From Candidatus Ornithoclostridium faecavium (GTDB lineage Bacteria; Bacillota; Clostridia; Christensenellales; UBA3700), in the NCBI GenBank assembly GCA_018714045.1, contig DVNX01000114.1, positions 1-52,927 of the forward strand: a stretch of DNA of 52,927 nucleotides. Reading direction: 5' to 3'. The position numbers and the translations under genes were made by a program. Within the stretch, counting starts at the first letter, position 1; each line of letters opens with the position of its first letter. Of this stretch, positions 7,998 to 17,860 are shown piece by piece. The notes below the pieces were generated by a model that saw only the letters and a list, made by a program, of their open reading frames with translations, did no database searches and had not been told where the DNA came from.

Positions 7998-9392
7998 ATG
8001 AACGATATTTCAAAGGATAATTTTCTGGAAGGCAAAATCCTTCCCCCGTTGATCAAATTTGCGATTCCCCTTATGATGTCGCTGTTCTTGCAGTCGCTTT
8101 ACGGTGCTGTAGACCTTGTTGTAGTGGGGCAATTCGGCTCGCCTGCGAGCATGTCGGCTGTTGCGACCGGCGGACAGCTTATGGTTGCGGTAACCTCTAT
8201 CGTAACGGGTCTTACCATGGGCATAACGATCCTTATCGGACAAGCTGTCGGGTCAGGAAAACCTGAGAACGCGAACTACGTAGTGTGTGCAATGGTCAAA
8301 CTGTTCAGCGTGATAGCTGTGGTGATCACTGCGGTGCTTGTCATCATCCCCACTCCGCTCGCAAAATTGCTCCAAGCGCCTGAAGAAGCACTTGAACAGA
8401 CTGCTCTTTATATACGCATTTGCGGTTGCGGAATGATTTTCATAACCGCATACAACGCGATAAGCGGAATATTCAGAGGTATAGGAAATTCAATAACGCC
8501 GTTTGTTTTCGTCCTTATTGCGTGCTGCATAAATATCGTGCTCGATCTTGTCTTTGTAGCCGTTCTGCATATGGACGCCGCGGGCGCAGCGCTGGCAACG
8601 ATAATCGCGCAGGCTTGCAGCGTGATATTTTCTTTGATATACGTAAAAAAGAAAAAGCTGCCCTTCCCCGTAACCAAAAAGGGCTTTTCTCAAAAAGGCA
8701 GCGTCAAGAATATCATAACCGTCGGCGCACCTATAGCTCTTCAGGATTTTCTGGTAAGCATTTCGTTTCTTATAATAACGGCTATCGTAAACAAACTGGG
8801 CGTAACACAGTCGGCAAGCATAGGCATTGCGGAAAAACTTTTCGTATTCCTGTCTATCGTGCCGATGTCTTTCCTGTCTGCTCTTTCCGCTTTTGTCGCG
8901 CAAAACGCAGGACACGGCAACCTCAAGCGCGCAAAGCAATCCCTCTTCTGTGCAAGCGCGGTATCTCTAAGCTTCGGTATAATAATGTTTTTGGTCACTT
9001 TCTTTGCGGGCGATATGCTGGCAAGAATATTCACTCAGGACAGCGCGGTCATTGCCTCTACCGCCGAGTATTTCAAGAGCTGTTCATTCGAATACATTAT
9101 AATCGCGGTATCTTTCTGTATGCTGGGATATTTCAACGGACTGAAAAAGACCACGTTCGTTATGGTGCAAGGCATTCTCACGGCTTTCCTGGTAAGAATC
9201 CCTCTTTCGTATTATTTCAGCTCTCTTGAAAATACGAATATGATGTTCATAGGCATAGCAGTACCTGCGTCAGCCGCGGTAAGTCTTGTAATGTGTATAA
9301 TCTATTACTTCATGATAAACAGAAAATCCAAACCAAAAACCGCTCTGCCTGACGGTAAAGAAGAAATCGCACAGAATACTCAGCAAGCATAA
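7998..9392 (+). CDS. MATE family efflux transporter
   Basis: About 12 TM segments; LYGAVDLVVVGQ, FRGIGNS, NIVLD, GAALATIIAQ. Confidence 0.95.
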   Translation: MNDISKDNFLEGKILPPLIKFAIPLMMSLFLQSLYGAVDLVVVGQFGSPASMSAVATGGQLMVAVTSIVTGLTMGITILIGQAVGSGKPENANYVVCAMVKLFSVIAVVITAVLVIIPTPLAKLLQAPEEALEQTALYIRICGCGMIFITAYNAISGIFRGIGNSITPFVFVLIACCINIVLDLVFVAVLHMDAAGAALATIIAQACSVIFSLIYVKKKKLPFPVTKKGFSQKGSVKNIITVGAPIALQDFLVSISFLIITAIVNKLGVTQSASIGIAEKLFVFLSIVPMSFLSALSAFVAQNAGHGNLKRAKQSLFCASAVSLSFGIIMFLVTFFAGDMLARIFTQDSAVIASTAEYFKSCSFEYIIIAVSFCMLGYFNGLKKTTFVMVQGILTAFLVRIPLSYYFSSLENTNMMFIGIAVPASAAVSLVMCIIYYFMINRKSKPKTALPDGKEEIAQNTQQA

Positions 9393-9411
9393 AAAACGTT
9401 TTAAACAAATT

Positions 9412-9445
9412 GCAATAAAGCTCCGCGACTGCGGAGCTTTATTGC
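9412..9445. terminator. Bidirectional terminator
   Basis: GCAATAAAGCTCCGC-GACT-GCGGAGCTTTATTGC. Confidence 0.85.
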
Positions 9446-9456
9446 GATCGTTTGCG

Positions 9457-11181
9457 TTACACTATCAGTCCCAGCATTCTGAGCGAAGAATAGTCCAGTA
9501 TGCATTTGCGCTCTTTTCCCGACGGAGTCATGAAAGTGACCTCGTATTCTTTGTGACCGTCATGTACGCAACGCGCTATCGAACTAACGCGTTTCGCTGC
9601 CATAGCCGACCTGTCGAAAGAGCCTGAATCGCCGTCCCACATTTTGTTTAACGCCCTTTCGCTGACGCCGCCGCGTGCTGCTGCGGGGAACTTTTCGACA
9701 GCGTAACCTCTTGAGATACACTCTTCGCGAGTGTTTACGTTAGACTCCCTTGCGAATACGATCCTGTACAATTTCTTTGCGGGGTTCATTCTCTCTACTT
9801 TTTTGCAACCAAGCCCGACAAGAGTGTCTCTGACAAAGACGATATCGTGTCCGTCCCACGGCGCGCATATATCGCATTCTCCTGCGATAACGCCGTCTTC
9901 AGGCAGCTCACGTTCGGTTTCTTCCGTCTCCGGAGCCTCAACGGCAGTTTCGTCCGCTGAAGCTGTTTCAGCATTTACGACCTCTCTTGTATCAGAAGTT
10001 TCCTCGTCAGATACAACTGCTTCGTCTTTTTCACGGGCGCACATCATAAGTATCAATTGCTCTTTCTTGCGCAGCACACTCATGCCGTTGCGCTTTATGA
10101 GCTTATAATATCTGTCACCCTTCGGATCCGATATCCTTTCTACCCTTACGAATCCGTAAAATTCGAGATTTTCCTTTATCAAATCGATATTGTCTTCTCT
10201 CCAGGGGTCGGTCAGCGGATAGCCGTCGTCGGGTCTGGTCATCACTCCCGCTCCGCCGCGCGCCTTTTCTTTAGGCGCTTCGGGTTCTTCGGTTTTCTTC
10301 TTCGGAGCCTCTCTCTTTTCTTCTGTCGTTCCCTTAGCGACCATACCCGCGATAACGTCGCAGACCTCTTGAGCCGACGGTCTGTCGGCGGGCTCGTAGC
10401 TGAGCATTTTCTCTATCGTCGACCGCAAAGGTTCTTTGATATCGTCTCCCAAAGAGATCTTCTCTCCGTCGCAGACAAGACTCCAAGCGCGCGTCTCATC
10501 CGCACCCGTATCGTATTTTTTGCCCGTATAATATTCGTAAAGCGTAAGCCCGAGAGAAAAGATATCTGCCTTTTCGCTCAGATAGCTTCTTAGTTCAGGA
10601 TCGTCGTCGCCCATATTCGCGACAGTCTCGGGCGCGCCGTAAAAATCGTCTCCGCACACGCTCTTAAGCGTATGCTTTTCGTCCGTGAAATAACTCGAAT
10701 CGAAATCGATAAGTCTCGCTTCTACCCTTCCGCCTTCTTTGACCATAAGAAGGTTGGAGGGTTTTATATCCGAATGTACGAGACCTTTGGAATGTATCAG
10801 CGCGACGGCGCGTGCAGCCGACAGCAAAGCTTCAGACTTTTCCTTTTCCGACAGAATAGATACTTCAGACACGGTCGCTACGTTTTCCACGCAAACGTTC
10901 ACCTCTATAAGATGACCATCGTGAACAAAAGTCTCCACCGTCTTTACCACCGTCGGGTCGTCTGCTTCCGCAAGCGCGGCATTGATGCGATCGCGCCTTC
11001 CGGTAAGACGGGAAAACTTTTCTTCCTGTATGGCTCTTATTTCGGGAGACGCAGTTTCTGACGGTTTCAGCGCGGCATTGTATCTCTTTATAAAATAGCG
11101 TTTCCCGTCCTTTCGTGCAAACGCTATTTCTCCGCCCGTTGAAAAAGTCCATTCGGAAAATTCGTAACCGTTAACATTCAT
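9457..11181 (-). CDS. Hanks-type Ser/Thr protein kinase with three C-terminal ~60-aa repeats
   Basis: FIKRY, HSDIKPSN, IDFDS, YGAPE, DIFSLG, DRPS. Confidence 0.9.
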   Translation of the reverse strand: MNVNGYEFSEWTFSTGGEIAFARKDGKRYFIKRYNAALKPSETASPEIRAIQEEKFSRLTGRRDRINAALAEADDPTVVKTVETFVHDGHLIEVNVCVENVATVSEVSILSEKEKSEALLSAARAVALIHSKGLVHSDIKPSNLLMVKEGGRVEARLIDFDSSYFTDEKHTLKSVCGDDFYGAPETVANMGDDDPELRSYLSEKADIFSLGLTLYEYYTGKKYDTGADETRAWSLVCDGEKISLGDDIKEPLRSTIEKMLSYEPADRPSAQEVCDVIAGMVAKGTTEEKREAPKKKTEEPEAPKEKARGGAGVMTRPDDGYPLTDPWREDNIDLIKENLEFYGFVRVERISDPKGDRYYKLIKRNGMSVLRKKEQLILMMCAREKDEAVVSDEETSDTREVVNAETASADETAVEAPETEETERELPEDGVIAGECDICAPWDGHDIVFVRDTLVGLGCKKVERMNPAKKLYRIVFARESNVNTREECISRGYAVEKFPAAARGGVSERALNKMWDGDSGSFDRSAMAAKRVSSIARCVHDGHKEYEVTFMTPSGKERKCILDYSSLRMLGLIV

Positions 11182-11221
11182 ATCCGCAATCCTTTTGTAT
11201 CCTGCCGTATTTACGGCTTAT

Positions 11222-12796
11222 TCATTCCTTTATAAGCGAGTAATGATTTTTGTCGTATTCGTCCATTATCTTCTGCAGCTCTGTGCGGAGACGGTACGCT
11301 TTGCCGTAGACTTCTCTTACGCGCTGTTCGACCTTGGGAAGAAGTATATCGTTGACGTTTACGTTGAGCGATCTGCCGACGCCGACCCCTGCAATACTCT
11401 CGCAGACCAGTCTTGCGCCGTTTCTGAACCAGAAGTCTTTTACGTTTTTTTCGTCAGAAAGTCTGAATATCTCGCCGAAAGTTTTGAGCCCCGAAGGAAG
11501 TTCCCTCTTCTTGCAGTCGTCGAAATACCTCGCAGACATTTCTTCTGCCATCTCTTTTAAAGAAAGGTATCCGTCTTTCTTTGCGCGTACCGTGCAGAAA
11601 TCCGATACGCTGCTTTTTCTGCTTTCGGAAGGCAAGGCTTTCATCCCCTTGTCCTCAAGATATAACTTTTCAATCTCCTCCGAACGGTCGCAGTATATCC
11701 TTGTCAGCATATTTCTGTTTATCCTGCTTTCTTCGCCGCGCATATCCGCGTCCACGTACAGATATTTGTCCCAATCGGGATGCAGACCTTCAAGATACTT
11801 TATCCTCTTTGCCGCAACTTTAGCAAAGTCGTCGAAACCGCTGTATCCGAACATAGCCATTGCCATCGTATTGCTGTCGTCGTGAGAGCCGAGGTCGCCT
11901 GAATAATCGGCTTTTATCTTCTCTGCGCACGCTGCGAATTTCTCCTCGTCAGTCTCTCCTTCAGCGGCAGTTTCTGCGTATGCCTTGGCGAACGCGTCGA
12001 AAAGCACGGCTTCGAGATAAAGCGGCTTCTGCGTATAGATCGAATCGTATATGCCGTCCGAAGCCGCGAAAACGGCACACGGTTTTTTCAGACGGTATCT
12101 TCTGGGCTCTATAAACGGCTTCGCAAGCGGGGCGATCAGATTGTTCATCATCCTGCTTTCGTCGTTGTGGTCTACGGTAAGCGCTCTGAGCCCTTTTTCG
12201 TCCCAGCAGTACGCGCGCGAATCGCCCGCGTAGAGCACGAGAACGTCTACGTCGTCGGCATTTTCTTTATAAAGCACCACGCAGAGAGTGGACGGCAAAA
12301 AAAGCATGCCGTCAGGAACCTTGTTTTTATCCAGTCCGACAGCATCAGCGAGAGCAAGCTCTTTGTCTACGAGATAGTCTCTGAAAGCCTCGGCGAAACG
12401 TCTGTCGTCTTCTCCGTCGGACGACGCCGCGATCTCAGCGTCGAAGATCTTCGCTTCTTCAAAAGCGTATATGGTCGCCAGCGCAAGAAAACGCGAAGCG
12501 AAGTACGCGCTTTCGCCCGTCCTTCCCTCTTCAAACGTATCTTTGAAAGCCTCTTCAGCGTATCTTGCTACCGCTCCGTCTGCCGACGCGTCGGGAAATA
12601 CAGAAAGTATGGCTTTGACAGCCTTTTCCCTGTCGTAAAACGCGGGATCTGTCTCCTTGTGAACAAAGCCTCCCGAACCGCCCAACCCGTCCGCGACGAT
12701 CAGAAAATTGTCCGAAGCGTAAGGGTACGCGTCCTGCCCGACCGGCGCGTTGCGCCTGTTCCTTCTCTGAATATTTACCGTGAATTTCATATACAC
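11222..12796 (-). CDS. PP2C-family phosphatase with insertions and a C-terminal extension
   Basis: GQDA, VADGLGGS, AGDSRAY, ASDGI, DDSNT motifs. Confidence 0.85.
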   Translation of the reverse strand: MYMKFTVNIQRRNRRNAPVGQDAYPYASDNFLIVADGLGGSGGFVHKETDPAFYDREKAVKAILSVFPDASADGAVARYAEEAFKDTFEEGRTGESAYFASRFLALATIYAFEEAKIFDAEIAASSDGEDDRRFAEAFRDYLVDKELALADAVGLDKNKVPDGMLFLPSTLCVVLYKENADDVDVLVLYAGDSRAYCWDEKGLRALTVDHNDESRMMNNLIAPLAKPFIEPRRYRLKKPCAVFAASDGIYDSIYTQKPLYLEAVLFDAFAKAYAETAAEGETDEEKFAACAEKIKADYSGDLGSHDDSNTMAMAMFGYSGFDDFAKVAAKRIKYLEGLHPDWDKYLYVDADMRGEESRINRNMLTRIYCDRSEEIEKLYLEDKGMKALPSESRKSSVSDFCTVRAKKDGYLSLKEMAEEMSARYFDDCKKRELPSGLKTFGEIFRLSDEKNVKDFWFRNGARLVCESIAGVGVGRSLNVNVNDILLPKVEQRVREVYGKAYRLRTELQKIMDEYDKNHYSLIKE

Positions 12797-12832
12797 CCGA
12801 TCTCCCGACCGATACTCCCGTCGGGATATTTC

Positions 12833-13540
12833 TTACATCTGCGATCCGCCGATCGACTTGACGATCAGATTGACAACGTCGTCCATATTCACGTCTTCGA
12901 GACCCGTGCCGTCTTCTACCTTCTTAAACCAGCATCTTTCGAATGTTGAGGCTATCTGATTCCACGGCTCAACGTTGGGCGCCATTATTATCAGTCTGCC
13001 CGCCTCAGGATCGTAAGAGCTTGCACCGAAGGGCGCCGCTCCCATCCACATAGCGTTCAGCTCGTCGATATTCTGAGGCATATCCGCGGGATAACCCGCA
13101 GTCCTCTCCCTTTCGAGAAGGGGCAACGAGCTGGCGTCCGTAAATAAAACTATTATCTGACGTTTCTTAGCGCCTTCGAAAGTCCAGTCGCTCCTTATCG
13201 CCTCAACTAACGCTTCGAGTGCGTTTTCGGGTTCGTCTCCGCCGCCTGAAGCCCTGAGTCCGTTTACGTAATCTTCGAATTCCGTCTTCTGTTCGTCCAG
13301 CACGAAAAAGTCGGACTGTTTAAGAGCTTCTTCGCCGTCGCAGGCAAAGTCTCTGAAAGAAATGACTTTTACTCTGAGCAGATCTACCTGCTTACCCTGC
13401 AACTCCATTTCAAAATGGACTTTATCGTAAAAATCCACTGCATATTTTTTTACCGACCGGATTATCGGCGACATACTGCCTGTGGTGTCAATGCAGAATA
13501 CTATGTCTACACAATACTTTTTCAATCTTCTTAAATCCAT
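12833..13540 (-). CDS. Stand-alone vWA domain protein (TerY-like)
   Basis: MIDAS motif DTTGSM, GGGDEPE, VLFTDA. Confidence 0.9.
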   Translation of the reverse strand: MDLRRLKKYCVDIVFCIDTTGSMSPIIRSVKKYAVDFYDKVHFEMELQGKQVDLLRVKVISFRDFACDGEEALKQSDFFVLDEQKTEFEDYVNGLRASGGGDEPENALEALVEAIRSDWTFEGAKKRQIIVLFTDASSLPLLERERTAGYPADMPQNIDELNAMWMGAAPFGASSYDPEAGRLIIMAPNVEPWNQIASTFERCWFKKVEDGTGLEDVNMDDVVNLIVKSIGGSQM

Positions 13541-13641
13541 ATTTCCCTCCGGATATCAGTATTTTCTGTTTAATTCCTATATTGAACTCTTATCGCGTGC
13601 GATGCGTTTTTTAACCGTATCAAACGTCAATCTTAACAAAT

Positions 13642-13670
13642 ATTATAACATTACAGCCCTACGCTGTCAA
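13642..13670 (-). promoter_or_regulatory. Consensus SigA promoter for the vWA-PP2C-kinase operon
   Basis: TTGACA-17-TATAAT with extended TG. Confidence 0.8.
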
Positions 13671-13847
13671 TATCACTTTACGTTGTGACGAAAAATAATT
13701 CCCTGTTTCATATCGGTACAAGATGCCTGTCAGACGTATCGTTCGTTTTTGCTCCTCTATTTACTTACGGTTATATTTTAACCGATTTGCGTCCGAAGGT
13801 CAAGATTTGCGACCGTATATTACTGTAAATTATAGGTAAAAACGGAT

Positions 13848-14336
13848 TTAGTAACATTCGTTTAAACAGAAAAACTTGTTTAAAATCGATTTAACGTCGT
13901 CAGCTTTTTCTATCATCTGCGATTCGTTTCCGTCATATAACATGTTAAAATAATAGAATTTATCTGTCGAAAAGATATCTTCCGTCTTCCGCCATTCCCG
14001 GCAATTCGGGGCAACGACGGCAATTGCGCCGGTGTACCCTTTAGCTGAAAATCCGCCTGCTTGCTCAAGCATATCGCGCGGTCTTTCTTTTTTCAGCATA
14101 AGGTACATATTCAGAAGGTTCTTTATACGGCGCGTTTGTAAACAGCAGTATCGCGCGGCGGTAAGCTTCTTTTCCGAAATGTTTTTTAGCCTTAATCAAC
14201 GCTTCGAGCGCGCTTTCGGGCGTGTCGCCGCCTCCGCGGACACGTATACCGTCAAGGTGTTCCTTGAGTTCGCCTTTTTCATTAGGCAATACGAAAGGGC
14301 GCGAAACGTAAGAGCATCTCTCTTTCCGCTTATCCC
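13848..14336 (-). pseudogene. Degenerate second vWA gene (5'-truncated, frameshifted)
   Basis: FVLPNEKGELKEHLDGIRVRGGGDTPESALEAL...ILLFTNA aligns with the intact vWA. It continues in another frame (VVAPNCREW) and has no DxSxS motif. Confidence 0.65.
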
Positions 14337-17300
14337 TTATTCCTTTACCGGCGGCGCTCCGAGTATTTTTTCCATTTGCTTCGAATCGAGACTGTTGTAT
14401 TCGAGAAGCGCCTGGATCAGCTTGTCCGCCTTTTCTCTGTTGTCTATGATGAACTTTACGGCGCGCGCGAGTTCTTTGTTCATAAGCGCGTTGACTTCTG
14501 CGTACAGATCTTTGTCGACCGCCTCACCGAAACATTCCGCTACGGCGAGTCTGTCGCCGTGCATGCCCCAGCTGCCGATCATCATCACGGCAAGTTCGGT
14601 CGCCTTTCTGAGGTCGGAAGAAGCACCGTTGGTCAATCCCGCTTCGTCGCCGTAATATACGAGTTCTGCCGCTCTGCCGCCGAGGGAGCAGCATATCCTG
14701 TCCAGAATATCGCTCTTTGAATCGACAAGTTCTTTATCGTCGTTGTCGTGCATCATATATCCGCCGTACGATCCGCGAGACACTATCGTCATATACGCGG
14801 GCATCTTGCCCGTCGCCCAGGATACCATAGCGTGTCCTGCCTCGTGGCGCGCGGTCCTGAGCACGGATTCTTTAGAATATTCCTTACTCTTTCCGTGTTC
14901 GTCCATATCCTGCGCTTCTTCGAGCATCGCGTCTGTTATCTCCTGCCCGTCGGCGCGCTCCACGAGCGAAACGACGATGTCTTTTATCCCCGAATGACTG
15001 TATCCGACAGTTTTTTTAGCAAGCATCGAAATGCCGCTTTCGAGCCCTTCGGGATCAACGCCCTTACCTTCGAGATAATGGCGTATGAGTTTTTCTCTGT
15101 CTTCCTTATCGGGCAGATCGACAAGTATCCTCTTATCGAAACGTCTTACGAACGCGGGATCGAGCACTTTCTCGCCGTCTTCTTCGGCTTTAATCCCGTA
15201 ATTGGTCGCGCATACGACTATAACGGGTCTGTTTTCGTTACTTCTGAAACCTTCCATCTCGGAAAGGAAAGTCGTAAGAAGCTCTTCAGCGTTGTGAGTG
15301 AATTCGGAGCCTGTCCTCTTTCTTGCGAAACCGTCCACCTCGTCGATAAAGATAATGGAAGGCGCGTATCTTCTTGCCGTTCTGAAAAGATCTCTTACGC
15401 TTTCAGGTCCCTCTCCTACGTATTTTTTATAGAATTCGGTAGCGTTTTTTTCGATAAACGTTACGTCCGTCTCGCCCGCAAGCGCTTTTGCGAGCATCGT
15501 CTTGCCGGTTCCGGGAGGTCCGTAAAGAAGTATGCCTTTGGGCGCCTTTTTGCCTGACGAAGTATACTGCTTCGGGTTTTTCAGATATTTCACGCATTCC
15601 GTCATCGCCTGTTTTACGTCTTCGGATCCTATTACGTCCGAGAACTTGACGTCGGGTCTGGACATATCCGCCAGAACGCTTCCCCTGTCTTCGGCTTTTA
15701 CTGAACGCTTTATCTCCAGCCTGCGCACGTTAATGCGCAGTTCTTTGCCGTCGTTTACTATCTCCTGCGCGCAGTTATACGTCAGGATATTGCTGGATCT
15801 GGTCAATTTGTAAAAATTGTTTCCGGTGATAGTCGCGTCTTTCACATAGGTAAGACCTGAAACGTTTTCCTCCGTTTCGCCGCTTCTGAAATGCACAACT
15901 CCTTTAGCTCCCCTTGCAAGGAAGGTATCGAAAGCTACGTCGTCATAACCTTTTTCTTCGTCGTTGAACAGATATATCGGTATTTCGGGATATTTTTCAA
16001 TTATAAAATCGAAAAGTCTCACTCCTTCGCTTTCCATATCCTCAAGATCGCTTGGCCTGTCCTGAGCGTCCTTTTCTTTCATAAACACGTCGAGGACGAT
16101 CGCGCTTATTTCATTGTCGAAAGCTTTTTTGGTAGCTTCCGCGGAATTACAGAATATAGCCTTTACGTCTTTTGCTTCGGCGCACGCTTTCTTGAGTTGC
16201 GCGTTATATTTTTTGTCGGTGGCGAACAGTACGGGGACTTTCTCGCTCACTTCGAAAAAGTTTTTCGCATCGCTCTTTTTATAATCGACGTTAAGCGTTA
16301 TCTCTTTCAGATTATCGACGTCCATCTTCCTGCGTGTGAGCTGACTTACCGCGTCGAAGAGTTCGCTTTCGATAAATCTGGTGACCTCGCCGACCATGGT
16401 ACGCGCGTCGCCGCTGCCGCCGACGGAATACATGATAAGCGAAGCAGTCTTATCGAAATCGCAGTTTATCTTAAGCCCCGTATTCTTTTCAGCTGTCGCG
16501 ATCTTGTTTTTCAGCTCTGAAAGAACTATCTCCTTAATCGCGTACGGCTCAAGACGGTTGAACATTACGACGGTGCCCTTAGCCCAGCGAGAGACAAGTT
16601 CCTGCGGGAAATAAGGCTTTCTCGTCATCGGGTTTTCGTCTGTAGCAAGCGCGGAAACTATCGCGCTTTTAGTTATCCCCGAAAGATTTGCCCCGTCTAC
16701 GTCATCGTACAGGTTTCTCGCGACGTTGGTCGTAAATATGAGTATCGCGTCTTTGAAAGACACGTTCTTTCGGTCGCCGTGGTCTCTTATCACGCCTGCG
16801 TCGAGTATCTGCAAAAACAGTTTGAGATTTTGCTGAGAGGCTTTTTCTATCTCGTCGAAAAGAACGATACATTTCGGGTTTTTCTTGACGAACTGGGTTA
16901 TCACGCCCGGCGTATTGTTGATCTCATAGCCGTTCACGCTCGCCCCGTATTCGCTGTATTCGCTCATATTGAATCTGGCGTATTCACGGTCTTTAAGAAA
17001 TTCAGCCGCGCACTCTGAAATAAACGTCTTTCCGCATCCCGGAGGTCCTGCAAACAGGAATGTCGCGAGAGGTCCTTTGTGATCCTTTTCCACAAGTACT
17101 TCCGCGCCGAAATATGCTCTGACGAAAGAGTCTATCGCATGCTGTTGTCCCTTTACCTTTTTCGCAAGCGCGGCTTTCAGATCAGCGATACGCCTTTGTA
17201 CGCCGCCGAAAGTCTCTTTTTCTTGCCCTTCTTTCTTCGCTAAGCCGGTGTTGCCTTTGCCGTTTCTCAGCTTTTCGCGAACCCATTCGTTCAGAGATCC

Positions 17301-17819
17301 TTCGTCGTTATCGTCGCTACCAAGAGAGTCGTTGAGCTCATCGGAGCTTTCGGCAGCCATATCCGCTTTATCGCCGTACAAGCCGCTCTTTCCGACTTTT
17401 TCGTCGAAAGCTTTTTTCATGTCCGACACGTCTCCGCTCACGGTTTCGTCTTCTTTCTTGTCCTCTTTTTCGAGTTTATCGAAAAATTCGTCGAAAGTGT
17501 CTTTTTCTTTCTCTTCAAGATCTGCGGCTACTTCATCCGACTCCTCTGTTTCGTCGCTGTCGCAATAATCGGCTCCGAAAGCTATGACGGCGTCGTCGAA
17601 GCCTGCGTCTTTCAGCACCTTATCGATACGATCGTATATCTCGTTGGTAATTTCGATATGTTTCTCGCTGTAGAAGGTCAGTTTTACGGCGTCTAAATGA
17701 ACGATCTCCATACCTCTTAAGATTATGCCGATCTTTATCGCTACCGTATTCAGCTTTTCTGCAGTTTCTTCAGAAATATCTTTTCCTTCGCTGAGATTAA
17801 ATCTTATTAAAACTTTCAT
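14337..17819 (-). CDS. Soluble fusion: ClpB-D2-like AAA+ / receiver-like domain / FtsH-type AAA+ / M41 zinc peptidase
   Basis: GQQHA, GPPGCGKT, NMSEY, FDEIEKA, LQILDAG; then AIVLDVF...PEIPIYLF...GAKG; then KGILLYGPPGTGKT, IDEVD, ATN, DPAFVRRFD; then HEAGH, LGGRAAE, GASSDL. No TM helices. Confidence 0.9.
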   Translation of the reverse strand: MKVLIRFNLSEGKDISEETAEKLNTVAIKIGIILRGMEIVHLDAVKLTFYSEKHIEITNEIYDRIDKVLKDAGFDDAVIAFGADYCDSDETEESDEVAADLEEKEKDTFDEFFDKLEKEDKKEDETVSGDVSDMKKAFDEKVGKSGLYGDKADMAAESSDELNDSLGSDDNDEGSLNEWVREKLRNGKGNTGLAKKEGQEKETFGGVQRRIADLKAALAKKVKGQQHAIDSFVRAYFGAEVLVEKDHKGPLATFLFAGPPGCGKTFISECAAEFLKDREYARFNMSEYSEYGASVNGYEINNTPGVITQFVKKNPKCIVLFDEIEKASQQNLKLFLQILDAGVIRDHGDRKNVSFKDAILIFTTNVARNLYDDVDGANLSGITKSAIVSALATDENPMTRKPYFPQELVSRWAKGTVVMFNRLEPYAIKEIVLSELKNKIATAEKNTGLKINCDFDKTASLIMYSVGGSGDARTMVGEVTRFIESELFDAVSQLTRRKMDVDNLKEITLNVDYKKSDAKNFFEVSEKVPVLFATDKKYNAQLKKACAEAKDVKAIFCNSAEATKKAFDNEISAIVLDVFMKEKDAQDRPSDLEDMESEGVRLFDFIIEKYPEIPIYLFNDEEKGYDDVAFDTFLARGAKGVVHFRSGETEENVSGLTYVKDATITGNNFYKLTRSSNILTYNCAQEIVNDGKELRINVRRLEIKRSVKAEDRGSVLADMSRPDVKFSDVIGSEDVKQAMTECVKYLKNPKQYTSSGKKAPKGILLYGPPGTGKTMLAKALAGETDVTFIEKNATEFYKKYVGEGPESVRDLFRTARRYAPSIIFIDEVDGFARKRTGSEFTHNAEELLTTFLSEMEGFRSNENRPVIVVCATNYGIKAEEDGEKVLDPAFVRRFDKRILVDLPDKEDREKLIRHYLEGKGVDPEGLESGISMLAKKTVGYSHSGIKDIVVSLVERADGQEITDAMLEEAQDMDEHGKSKEYSKESVLRTARHEAGHAMVSWATGKMPAYMTIVSRGSYGGYMMHDNDDKELVDSKSDILDRICCSLGGRAAELVYYGDEAGLTNGASSDLRKATELAVMMIGSWGMHGDRLAVAECFGEAVDKDLYAEVNALMNKELARAVKFIIDNREKADKLIQALLEYNSLDSKQMEKILGAPPVKE

Positions 17820-17860
17820 ACTATTTTGTCTTCCTTTGTCTATTTTCCGTTGTTACGCGG

